From: Tubulanus polymorphus
Taxonomy: Eukaryota > Animalia > Nemertea
Assembly: GCF_964204645.1 (NCBI RefSeq)
Contig: NC_134030.1
Span: forward strand, 14,508,110 to 14,572,109
Length of the DNA stretch: 64,000 nt
Direction of reading: 5' to 3'
Each line of letters starts with the position of its first letter. The stretch's first letter is position 1. The notes beneath the pieces were generated by a model, which saw only the letters and a program-made list of their open reading frames with translations, had not been told where the DNA came from and ran no database searches. Positions 36,799-47,189 of the stretch are shown one piece after another. The position numbers and the translations under genes were made by a program.

Positions 36799-37158
36799 TT
36801 AATCCATTAATAATAATTTAGATTTAGTTTCAATGACTTTATGATTTGACTTATTTTCTGGTATGATAGGTTTATTGTCATTGGAATCATATTTATCATC
36901 AGATTTGAATTTTGATTTATATATTACACCGGATAATATAATAACTGTTACTAATCCAATTGCAATATATAATTTATCATTACTTCCAGCATTAGAAGAA
37001 TCAGATGGATTATTATTTGAATCAATATCAGGTGATTCATTTATATCAGTTAATTTCTTTTTCTTAGCTTTTTTTAATTCTGAAGATCTTTTACCTAATT
37101 CTCTTGCCCATTTAATTTGTTTCTCGGATCTAGGCTTTTTCTTAACTCCATCACTCAT
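36799..37158 (-). CDS. 119-aa basic protein with one TM helix
   Basis: KKKPRSEKQ; LYIAIGLVTVIILSGVIY; homolog at 42956-43311. Confidence 0.75.
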   Translation of the reverse strand: MSDGVKKKPRSEKQIKWARELGKRSSELKKAKKKKLTDINESPDIDSNNNPSDSSNAGSNDKLYIAIGLVTVIILSGVIYKSKFKSDDKYDSNDNKPIIPENKSNHKVIETKSKLLLMD

Positions 37159-37759
37159 CTATTTTAGTTAATTTTTGTTCTGATTCATTTTCTGTTTCGA
37201 CGTTTGGTTGTAGTACAGCGTCATCTGTTTCGTTCTTACCTGATTTATATTCCATAGGTTTGATGTTCGAAAATGTTATGACGCCAGTAGAAATTAATGT
37301 CATAACCGATCCTAATTGGAATGAAGCATAACCAACCCATTTTTGTAATTCAGTCATAACTAAGTAGTCATTTTTCAAATCACTATATAATTTATTTTCA
37401 TCATCAATTGGTATTAACTGGTTACATAACTTAGAATAACATTTGACAATACCATCTGAAATAGAATCATTTATTCTAGCTAATCTTGCCTCTTCATAAA
37501 TCTTAAAATATTTTATTACTTTATCTGGTTTCATAGAGTCTAGTTCTTGAAAAGTAATGATTCTATTTAAAAACTCCTTAGATTTCCCGCCAGCAATTAA
37601 TAATTCAAGATGATGCTTACAATATAAATAGTATTCATAATCTATATTACAATTAACTAGAGCACAATTAGTTACAACTGTATCTTTATTATCACTTATT
37701 CCTAAATCATCTAATGTCTTTTCAATATCAATACTATTCTTATTAGATTTCTTTGACAT
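37151..37759 (-). CDS. 202-aa conserved Polinton protein of unknown function
   Basis: Intact and near identical to 42355-42963. Confidence 0.85.
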   Translation of the reverse strand: MSKKSNKNSIDIEKTLDDLGISDNKDTVVTNCALVNCNIDYEYYLYCKHHLELLIAGGKSKEFLNRIITFQELDSMKPDKVIKYFKIYEEARLARINDSISDGIVKCYSKLCNQLIPIDDENKLYSDLKNDYLVMTELQKWVGYASFQLGSVMTLISTGVITFSNIKPMEYKSGKNETDDAVLQPNVETENESEQKLTKIDE

Positions 37760-38056
37760 TTATATTAGAGGAAAAAAGCAAAAAAAATATTATAAGTATT
37801 CTTCAAATGATACCAGTATCTCTTTAGATTAATACTAGCTTAGTTAAAGGTAAAGAATTTTAGTATTAGTTATTGTTTTTTTAGTATTTTTTATTTGTGA
37901 TATAAAGTATTCTTTTTTGAAAAGAAAATATTAAAAATATAATAGAACTCACAAGCTGGTTGAAGTTATTGTTTTTTAAATACTTTTTATTTAAAATCTA
38001 TTTGATATCTCACTATTTTTGTTTATCTATTAGGAGCAGTAGTTATAACTGTCCAG

Positions 38057-38731
38057 TCATTTCGGATCCTTGATATCAAATTCCTCAACGTATTGTTCAT
38101 TATTTGGATCATTGTTCCATTGATCAATAAATTTCTTTGCCTTTGTTAACTGTTCTAAATATAACTGTAAATCTAGTTTATTAGATTTAATTATGTTTTC
38201 CTTCTTTTCTAAAGGTCTTAAATTCTTCCAATTTCAAATAAGTTTTTTATTGTATTCATCATTCATGTTAAATTTAGATATTGGTAACACGTGATCAATA
38301 TGGTAATAATCCCCATAATTATCTATATTCATTTTATCATCGAATTGAAATATAATCCATGATTTGAGAAATTCATCTGAACAACCCAATAAATTAGATA
38401 GTGTTTCTGAATGTGTTTCTTTGTTGAATAATTGTGTTAATCTAGATCTTAAGCATTGTTTCAATCTAAAATTAAGATCTGTTTGATATCTTTCTCTCAT
38501 ATATTCTGCCATATAATAATTATAATGTTCTATATTATCTTCTCGATATTGTTTGGTATATAGTTTAAAACAAGTTTTACAGCAATATTGAAAACCATCT
38601 TTGCTAATCTTACGCTTACTAAATTCTGTTAATGATTTATCTAATTCACATTTAGAACACTTCTTGTAGTATATGTTTATAACGCCAGTGTTATTTGTAA
38701 TATTTATAGTTTGTGGTTGTTCTGGTTCCAT
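38057..38731 (-). pseudogene. HNH endonuclease with an N-terminal Cys finger, frameshifted near 38234
   Basis: CSKC..CKTC; HIDHVLP...NLRPL...N..K. Confidence 0.8.
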
Positions 38732-38869
38732 TTATTATATGTATTTTTTACTAAATTGGTTAATATTTTAGAATCCTCTTCCATTTCTTCGACCAACCAA
38801 CGTCATCCTTTTTCATTCCTCGCTGCTTTTGATAAGTCAGTTTCGATTCCTTGATATCTAAATAATACC

Positions 38870-39100
38870 ACTGGGCAAAAGCGCGCATTCATGCGCGCTT
38901 TTGATCAATGCGCATGCGTTAATCATAATTATATTTACATAATGAATATATCATTATGTAAATAGAAACAACCAACATGAAATATCCAAACGTGTTCGCA
39001 TTAGGCAAACCGCGCATTCATGCGCGCTTTTGCTTAATGCGCATGCGTTAATCCTAATTACATAATGAATATATAATTATGTAAATAGAAACGACCGAAC
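38870..39100. promoter_or_regulatory. Tandem non-coding repeats with TGCGCATGCG palindromic cores upstream of the HNH-INT-ATPase block
   Basis: GCGCATTCATGCGCG...ATGCGCATGCGTTAATC repeated; equivalents at 12901, 16420, 23201 and 41294. Confidence 0.5.
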
Positions 39101-39169
39101 ATAAAAATTCACCAAACAGATTTACACAATACATTATACAAGTTGTTCAGTCGTTGTACATAATTTGAT

Positions 39170-39917
39170 TTATAATTCCAACCAGAACTTTTCAATTTCT
39201 GAATCATTGACAAGCATTTTTTCAATTTCTGGCATATATCTAATTACTTCACTAAATGACAAACTTAATAATTGGAATCTTTTATATGTAATTAATTTCC
39301 CTACGCTCCTTAATTTTCTTTCATGCCCAACACTAATACCTATATATTTTTTAACCCAAGAAGCCCAAGGAATCCCCTCAGTTTGTTTATTAATTATTAA
39401 AAATCCCCTATTTAAACAATCCCCGAAAATGATATAATCCCATAAATGCTTTGCTTTTTTGAATAACAAGGTTCAATAATTTTTTTTCAATAAAAGTTAT
39501 TTCATTAAATGATGTTATACCTTCTATTTCTTTAAAACTTACATCTTTTTCAATTGATAATTTTGATTTAAAAAACTCATTTAACTCATTTCCGCTCATT
39601 TTCTTTTTAATTTTTGTTGCTTTTAGTCTTAACAATATTTCTACATTGGTTGTTGGCCTTTTTGGTAATGATGTTACGCTTGATTGCTGGTTTTCTATAA
39701 TTTTTTCTAAAATTAATGTCATTTCTTGATGGTAATATAAATGTTTTTTAACTTCTTCTAACGTTTCATCTTCTATATCGAAAGATTCTTTTACTTCAGC
39801 ACCCATTTCGGTTGGTTCATCTTCCATTTCGGTTGGTTCATCTTCCATTTCGGTTGGTTCATCTTCTATTTCGGTTGTCCTCTGAGAATCAAGAGTACTT
39901 CTTGATACACACGACAT
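39170..39917 (-). pseudogene. Hypothetical protein with EDEPTEM repeats, frameshifted
   Basis: Overlapping ORFs 39408-39926 and 39170-39469; three 21-bp repeats. Confidence 0.6.
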
Positions 39918-40229
39918 TTTATTCAACTAAAAGATATCAGCGGTAGAACAGGAACCGCGATATTAAATGATATAAATATTTTCAAGTCTATCGTTTCTAA
40001 TTATTATAACTTATTATAGTTCAGGTTATTATCTATCTAACGTAAAATAGAATTAACTGTATAAAGTTGTAGTTGTCAAAAGCACTTAAAGGTTTCATAT
40101 TTAATAGCCCCAATAACTACAAAAAAACAGTACTTACATTAAGATTTATAATTGTAAACTATAAACTCCTAATTTCGTTTCGATATATAGAATATCCTGA
40201 GCACAATGTTACAGCGTCTGTTCATTTCC

Positions 40230-40400
40230 CGGGCGATTTCTAGAATGACACGTCGTTGATTATGCCACGTCATCTGGTTCCGGCGCGCCTTTTCTAGAAT
40301 ATTCTACACGTTTCTGATTATGACGTGTCATCTCTATTCAGAGTTCCAGCACACCTTTCTAGAATTTTCTATACACGTTTGTAATATTATGAGTCATAAG
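40230..40400. promoter_or_regulatory. Cluster of host stress-response-like motifs (HSE, UPRE/CRE, AP-1)
   Basis: TTCtaGAAtaTTC at 40292, TTCtaGAAttTTC at 40357, CCACGTCA at 40265, TGACGTG at 40321, TGAGTCA at 40390. Confidence 0.45.
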
Positions 40401-40481
40401 TCTCGGCGTCATAGTAACAGCTGTAACAGCTGTAAATTTATATATTTATTCCATAGCTCTGTACATGGAATGTATATAGGT

Positions 40482-40718
40482 TCAAATAGAATCATGTTCT
40501 AGTATAAACATCGGATCCTCAACGTATTGTTCATTATTTGGATCATTATTCCATAATTCAATAAATTTCTTTGCCTTTGTTAACTGTTCTGAATATAACT
40601 GTAAATATTCTAGTTTCAATTTATTCTCTAAATGTGTTTTAGTTTTATTGTGTCTTGCTTTTTGGGATTTATCTACATTGATATTACATGTTGGACAGGA
40701 GTACTTATTTGCTTCCAT
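40482..40718 (-). CDS. Chimeric 78-aa ORF: TIR-encoded pPolB N-terminal finger plus HNH tail
   Basis: Direct comparison with the ORFs at 23808 and 41478. Confidence 0.6.
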   Translation of the reverse strand: MEANKYSCPTCNINVDKSQKARHNKTKTHLENKLKLEYLQLYSEQLTKAKKFIELWNNDPNNEQYVEDPMFILEHDSI

Positions 40719-41204
40719 TTTAATACTAAATTTTTTATTAAAATTGATTTTAGAAGTTCAATGATTTAAATGTTATTCATGTATATGATTATTTCAAGAG
40801 TAATAGGGGTAATGGGCTTTCGGGTTAAAGGTTGAATGGTCGAGTTCATTAAAAAACAAAACATTAAAAGTAATTTAAAACTATAATATATTTTCATAAC
40901 CGCGTGTATTTCAGTTGAATAATAGAATAATTATTATTATTAAAATATATTTGATTATATGAATTTGTGTATTGTAAATAAATCAATTGGTCGCTGAGCG
41001 GAGCGGTAGCGAAGCGGAGCGACCAATTGATTTAATACAATATGCTTTTTAAATTATTGATATCTTAGAATAAATATTTTGTTTTAATATAAAATACACG
41101 CGGTTATGAAAATATATTATAGTTTTAAATTACTTTTAATGTTTTGTTTTTTAACGAGCTCGACCGTTCGACCTTTGATCTGAAAGCCCATTACCCCTAT
41201 TACT
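40605..41204 (-). repeat. Right TIR (600 bp); 40799-41204 is a self-complementary hairpin
   Basis: Reverse complement of 23351-23921. Confidence 0.95.
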
Positions 41205-41477
41205 ACCGGACATCAATGGCCGCATGTGACGCATGTAACGCATGTGTTGTTTCTATTTTACAGAATTTATAACATGAATATATAATTATGATTAGCGCAT
41301 GCGCATTGATCCAAACCGGGCCTGAATGCGCGGTTTTGCTCAGTGGTATGATATAGATATCAAGGAATCGAAACAACTTATCAAAAGCAGCGAGGAATGA
41401 AAAAGGATTACGTTGGTTGATGAAATGGAAGAGGATTCTAAAATATTAACCAATTTAGTAAAAAATACATATAATAA

Positions 41478-42170
41478 ATGGAACCAGAACAACCACAAAT
41501 TATCAATATTACAAATAACACTGCTGGTGTTATAAATATATATTACAAGAAGTGTTCTAAATGTGAATTAGATAAATTAGCTTTAACAGAATTTAGTAAG
41601 CGTAAGATTAGCAAAGATGGTTTTCAATATTGCTGTAAAACTTGTTTTAAACTATATACCAAACAATACCGAGAAGATAATATAGAACATTATAATTATT
41701 ATATGGCAGAATATATGAGAGAAAGATATCAAACAGATCTTAATTTTAGATTGAAACAATGCTTAAGATCTAGATTAACACAATTATTCAACAAAGAAAC
41801 ACATCCAGAAACATTATCTAATTTATTGGGCTGTTCAGATAAATTTCTTAAATCATGGATTGTATATCAATTCGACGATATAATGAATATAGATAATTAT
41901 GGTGAATACTTTCATATTGATAATACGTTACCGATTTCTAAATTTAACATGAATGATGAATACAATAAAAAACTTATTTGGAATTGGAAGAATTTAAGAC
42001 CTTTAGAAAAGAAGGATAACATAATTAAATCTAATAAACTAGACTTACAGTTATATTTAGAACAGATAACAAAGGCAAAGAAATTTATTGATCAATGGAA
42101 CAATGATCCAAATAATGAACAATACGTTGAGTCTTTAATGAGTGGTAAAAGATTAATATATCTCAAATAA
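41478..42170 (+). CDS. HNH endonuclease homolog (HIDH changed to HIDN)
   Basis: CSKC..CKTC; HIDNTLP..WNWKNLRPLEKKDNIIK. Confidence 0.8.
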   Translation: MEPEQPQIINITNNTAGVINIYYKKCSKCELDKLALTEFSKRKISKDGFQYCCKTCFKLYTKQYREDNIEHYNYYMAEYMRERYQTDLNFRLKQCLRSRLTQLFNKETHPETLSNLLGCSDKFLKSWIVYQFDDIMNIDNYGEYFHIDNTLPISKFNMNDEYNKKLIWNWKNLRPLEKKDNIIKSNKLDLQLYLEQITKAKKFIDQWNNDPNNEQYVESLMSGKRLIYLK

Positions 42171-42354
42171 AAAATATTAACAATTACATAACTTCAACTA
42201 ACCAGTGAATTCTATTATATTTTTAATATTTTCTTTTCAAAAAGAGAATACTTTATATTTTGAATAGATCCGAATAGAAATTCTTTAGCTCTAACTAGCT
42301 AGTATCATTTGAAGAATACTTACAATATTTTTTTGCTTTTTTTCTCTAATATAA

Positions 42355-42963
42355 ATGTCAAAGAAATCTAATAAGAATAGTATTGATATTGAAAAAACAT
42401 TAGATGATTTGGGTATAAGTGATAATAAAGATACAGTTGTAACTAATTGTGCTCAAGTTAATTGTAATATAGATTATGAATACTATTTATATTGTAAGCA
42501 TCATCTAGAACTATTGATTGCCGGTGGAAAAACTAAAGAGTTTTTAAATAGAATTATTACTTTTCAAGAAATAGATGCTATGAAACCAGATAAAGTAATA
42601 AAATATTTTAAGATTTATGAAGAAGCTAGATTAGCTAGAATAAATGATTCTATTTCAGATGGTATTGTCAAATGTTATTCAAAATTATGTAGCCAGTTAA
42701 TACCAATTAATGATGAAAATAAATTATATAGTGATTTGAAAAATGACTACTTAGTTATGACTGAATTACAAAAATGGGTTGGATATGCTTCATTTCAATT
42801 AGGATCGGTTATGACATTAATTTCTACTGGTGTCATAAAATTTTCGAATATAAAGCCTATGGAATATAAATCAGGTAAGAACGAAACAGATGACGCTGTA
42901 CTACAACCAAACGGTGAAACAGAAAATGAATCAGAACAAAAATTAACTAAAATAAATGAGTGA
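42355..42963 (+). CDS. 202-aa conserved Polinton protein
   Basis: Homolog of 37151-37759. Confidence 0.85.
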   Translation: MSKKSNKNSIDIEKTLDDLGISDNKDTVVTNCAQVNCNIDYEYYLYCKHHLELLIAGGKTKEFLNRIITFQEIDAMKPDKVIKYFKIYEEARLARINDSISDGIVKCYSKLCSQLIPINDENKLYSDLKNDYLVMTELQKWVGYASFQLGSVMTLISTGVIKFSNIKPMEYKSGKNETDDAVLQPNGETENESEQKLTKINE

Positions 42964-43311
42964 TAGCGTTAAGAAAAAGGCTAGATCTGAAAAACAAATT
43001 AAATGGGCAAGAGAATTAGGTAAAAGATCTTCAGAATTAAAAAAGCTAAGAAAAAGAAATTAACTGATATAAATGAATCACAGACTTTATCTGATATTGA
43101 TTCAAATAATAATCCATCTGATTCTTCTAATGCTGGAAGTAATTATAAATTATATATTACAATTGGATTAGTAACAGTTATTATATTATCCGGTGTAATA
43201 TATAAATCTGATGATAAAGATGATTCCAATGACAATAAACCTATTATACCAGAAAATAAGTCAAATCATAAAGCCATTGAAACTAAATCTAAATTATTAT
43301 TAATGGATTAA
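42956..43311 (+). pseudogene. TM protein homologous to 36799-37158, frameshifted
   Basis: Nucleotide similarity; 1-bp loss in an A run near 43040. Confidence 0.7.
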
Positions 43312-43317
43312 AATAAG

Positions 43318-44409
43318 ATGAAAAAAGAACAATATTTAAGAGATTTATATTATAACCCAGAAAGTGAAGTATCATATTCTAACGTTACAGAATTATGGAA
43401 TAAAATTAAATCTGATAATGAAAATGGTGATATAAAATATAGTGAATTAAAATCATGGTTACAAAATCAACCAACATATCAAATACACAAGAAAATGGAT
43501 AAACTTATTTAACAAGAAAAGTTATGGTTTCATATATCGATCAACAATGGCAAGCTGATTTAATTGACATGAAGAACTTAGAAGAATACAACAAAGGATA
43601 TTTCTGGATATTGAATGTTATAGACATATTCAGTAGATACGCATGGTCAATTCCAATCAAAAATAAAACTGGAATAGAAGTTACAAATGCTTTTAAATCT
43701 ATATTTAAAGAAGATATTCCAGATAAGATACAATTTGATGAAGGTAAGGAATTTTATAACAAACATTTTAAAAAAACTATTATCTGATAACGATGTAGAT
43801 TATTTTTCAACACACTCAGATAAAAAAGCATCTATTATAGAAAGATTCAATAAAACATTGAAAACTAGAATGTGGAAATATTTTACTGCTAATGAAACAT
43901 ATAAATATATCGATGTGTTAGATGATTTAGTGAAAGGTTATAATAATTCTAAACATAGTTCTATAAATATGAAACCTATACAAGCTAGAAAAGAAGATAA
44001 TTCGGAAATAGTTTGGAATAATTTATATGGAGCGTTTGTTACACATGATTTCGGAGAACCTAAATTTAAAATAGGACAACACGTTAAAATATCTAAATAT
44101 AGAAAAACATTTTATAAAGGTTATACCCCTAATTTTACAGAAGAAATATTCAAGATTAAAAAGATAATATTAACTAAACCTTTTGTTTATAAATTAGAAG
44201 ATATAAAAGATGAAGAAATATTAGGTTATTTCTATGAACAAGAATTATCACTTGTACCAAATCCAGATGAAATAGAATACAAAATAGAAAAAGTATTGAA
44301 AACAAAAACTCTTAAAGGAAAAAAGTATTCTTTGGTGAAATATAAAGGATACGATGATAAATTTAATGAATGGATTTTATCTAGTAAAATTAAAAGAATA
44401 AATGAATAA
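43318..44409 (+). pseudogene. rve integrase with a C-terminal chromodomain, two frameshifts
   Basis: WQADLID / QFDEGKEF / IERFNKTLK; YKIEKVL..LVKYKGYDDKFNEWI. Confidence 0.95.
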
Positions 44410-45009
44410 AGATTTATTTATATTTGAACCGCATAATATGTTAGTTACTGGAGTAACCAATTGTGGTAAAACACATTTCATATTAGATTTGTTAGAAACT
44501 ATTTATAAGAATCATTTTGATAATATAATATTATTCTGTCCTACTTATGAAATGAATAAAACATATAATAGAGATATAGTTAAGATAAAAAAGTTTATTA
44601 TATTAGATCCTAAAATAGTAAAAGAAAATTTAGATAATTGTATAAAAATAGCAATTGATACTTATAAAGGATCAAATACATTATTCATTGTAGATGATTG
44701 CGCAAATTTACATGATTCAAAAGAGAAAGTGAGTTATGTTATCTAGCTTTCTCTGGAAGACATTTCGGGATAACAACATGGGTTTTAAATCAAAAATATA
44801 ATTCAATTGTTAAAGACTTTAGGGAGAATATAAGATTTCTAGTTTTATTTTATAACAAAGATAAAAAATCTATGCAACAATCATTGGAAGAAAATCAAAT
44901 TATACCAACTGAATTACATGATGAATATATGAATAAATTAAAGAATAATAAAGGTTCAAAATTATTACTGAGACTACAATTTCCCTATGAATATAAATTT
45001 ATAAAATAA
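44402..45009 (+). pseudogene. A32-like packaging ATPase, frameshifted near 44725
   Basis: Walker A GVTNCGKT, Walker B FIVDD, SGRH. Confidence 0.92.
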
Positions 45010-45019
45010 CTATTTATAT

Positions 45020-45370
45020 ATCTATGTATTAGATACCCTATTAGATACCCTAATACCTGATACCCCATTAGATACCCCATTGGATAACTTAAATACTTAA
45101 AACCCCCTTTTTTAAAATAAATATTATTTATACAATTTTCAACCAATTTATTTTTATTTTTTCAACTAATATATGAATAAGTTTGAAAATAATAAAGGTT
45201 ATTTATTATTACTGAGGTTTCAATTACCATATGAATATAAGTTTATAAAATAAGATATTTTTTGTATTAGATTGTATTAGATACCTTAAATACCTTAAAT
45301 ACTTAAAACCCCCTTTTTTGAAATAAATATTATTTTTACAATTTTCAACCTTTATTACTTTTTCAGTTAA
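45020..45370. repeat. Intergenic TATTAGATACCC repeats and a duplicated AAATACTTAAAACCCCCTTTTTT block
   Basis: Direct reading; block present at ~45091 and ~45297. Confidence 0.75.
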
Positions 45371-45384
45371 ATATAATTAATATC

Positions 45385-46260
45385 TTAATCACTTTCACTA
45401 TCAGACCCTAACAATCTATTCAAACTCTCTACCGAATCTTCTTCAAATTCTTCATTATTTTTATACTTATTCTTCACCCTTTTTACCGCATCATCAATAG
45501 TTGTTTCATTGTTATGCTTATTCATCCAATCAAATTTATCATTATTTTCTACTTTATGTTTCATAGAATCTTTAATATCAATATGCTTATCTGTAACTAT
45601 ATCTTCACTATTATCTTTATTAGTGTTTGCTCCTAATATTTCATTTACAGTGTTTGATCCTAATAAAGATTTATTATTGGCATCGGTTAAATCTAATTCA
45701 TCTTTATAAGGTGTTGCTAATAATAAATCTTTATATAATTCTCTACCATTTATTTTTTGATTTGAAACAAACTTTGTAACATATCTAAATGGGTGTTCTA
45801 TAAATTCTCTTATACCAACACGATCTATTACATTAGTAATATGTGAATTTGTATTCATACGTTTATTCCAATTTGATGGAACGTTTAAATATTCACTTTT
45901 ACAATATCCACAATAATTTCTATTTTCACTAAGATTTAATATTATTTCATTATTTGATGTAGAAGGTATTACATTATTAGATGTAGAGGGTATTACATTA
46001 TTAGATGTAGTAGGTATTACATTATTTGATGTAGAAGGTATTACATTATTAGATATAGAAGGTATTACATCATTATCAATTACATTACTTCAATTATCAC
46101 CACTTTTATTATTATCGATTTCTATTAGTTTAGTTTTATAAATTTTGAAAATAGGATCAAATATCAAAGCTATATTACAAGGTATTACATAATATAAACA
46201 ATCATTATTTTCATGTGTATCGATGTATGGAAAATGTTTATATACTTTACCCCCTTCCAT
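45385..46260 (-). pseudogene. Variable gene after MCP (MEGG start, 24-bp STSNNVIP-coding repeats), frameshifted
   Basis: ATG at 46260 with the same upstream motif as 33935; ~5 GGTATTACATTATTAGATGTAG repeats; 157-aa ORF is the 3' part. Confidence 0.65.
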
Positions 46261-46292
46261 TTATTATATAAATTTTTATTAAAGTTAAAATT

Positions 46293-46768
46293 TTAATACA
46301 TAACACTATTTAATTGAGAATTTACAATATTTAATTGCGCGTCAGATATAATATAAATGTGCATTTTGAAATTTTTGATTCCTTTATTCTTTGTAATGAA
46401 TAATTGTATTCCATCTTTAGTGTTCTGTAATTTTTTCCCAGAACCATGTAATGAATTATCCTCTGTTGTTCTAAAATCTAACCATAATGCGTATTTATTA
46501 CCGGTATAATAATCAATTTGATTAATATTACAATTTTCAGATGATTTCACTTTTTCATTCATAAAATGTTTTCTAATATCTGGCCATTGATTCAATCATT
46601 ATCATTCCTTGACAAAATATTTTATTTGCTATTCCTTCGATAGTTATTTCTACTTTTGTTATTTCAGGATTATAATAATTATCAACATTTATTGCACCAT
46701 TAGTATATGTTGCAATGGTAAAAAAATATTAATATACCTTTAATAGATCTTCTTGGGAAGTTAATATT
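46293..46768 (-). pseudogene. 3' part of the major capsid gene, cut at a Polinton terminus
   Basis: Matches 33430-33902. Confidence 0.92.
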
Positions 46769-47189
46769 AGTAATAGGGATAATAGGCTTTCATACCAAAG
46801 GTCGAAAGGTCGAGCTCGTAAAAAAATAAAAATAAAAATAATTTACAGTTGAATTAGTCGCGCACACTCCTAATTCAACTGTAAATTATTATTATTTTCA
46901 TTCTTTTACTCACTCGCCCCTTCAACCTTTGATATGAAAGCCTATTATCCCTATTACTCTTAAAATATTCATATATATGAATAAAATATAAATGAATAAC
47001 ATATATAAGTAACGAGTAATTAACGAGCTCTTATAGAATAGATATAAAAGTATATATTTACAACATTTCAATATTTATATTTGTGTGAGTTAGTTAAACA
47101 TTAAAATGTTAGTAAAGTGTGATTGAAATAATGCATATATAAATCATTGAACTTCTAAAATCAATTTTAATAAAAAATTTAGTATTAAA

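Larger units (their letters stand above)
23351..41204 (+). mobile_element. Complete Polinton/Maverick element A (17,854 bp)
   Basis: AGT...ACT termini, 6-bp TSD ACCGGA (23345-23350, 41205-41210), long TIRs, and pPolB, INT, ATPase, MCP and mCP genes. Confidence 0.97.
41205..46768 (-). mobile_element. Internal part of the older Polinton B, opposite orientation to A
   Basis: Gene order HNH, 202-aa, TM, INT, ATPase, variable gene, MCP mirrors element A. Confidence 0.93.
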
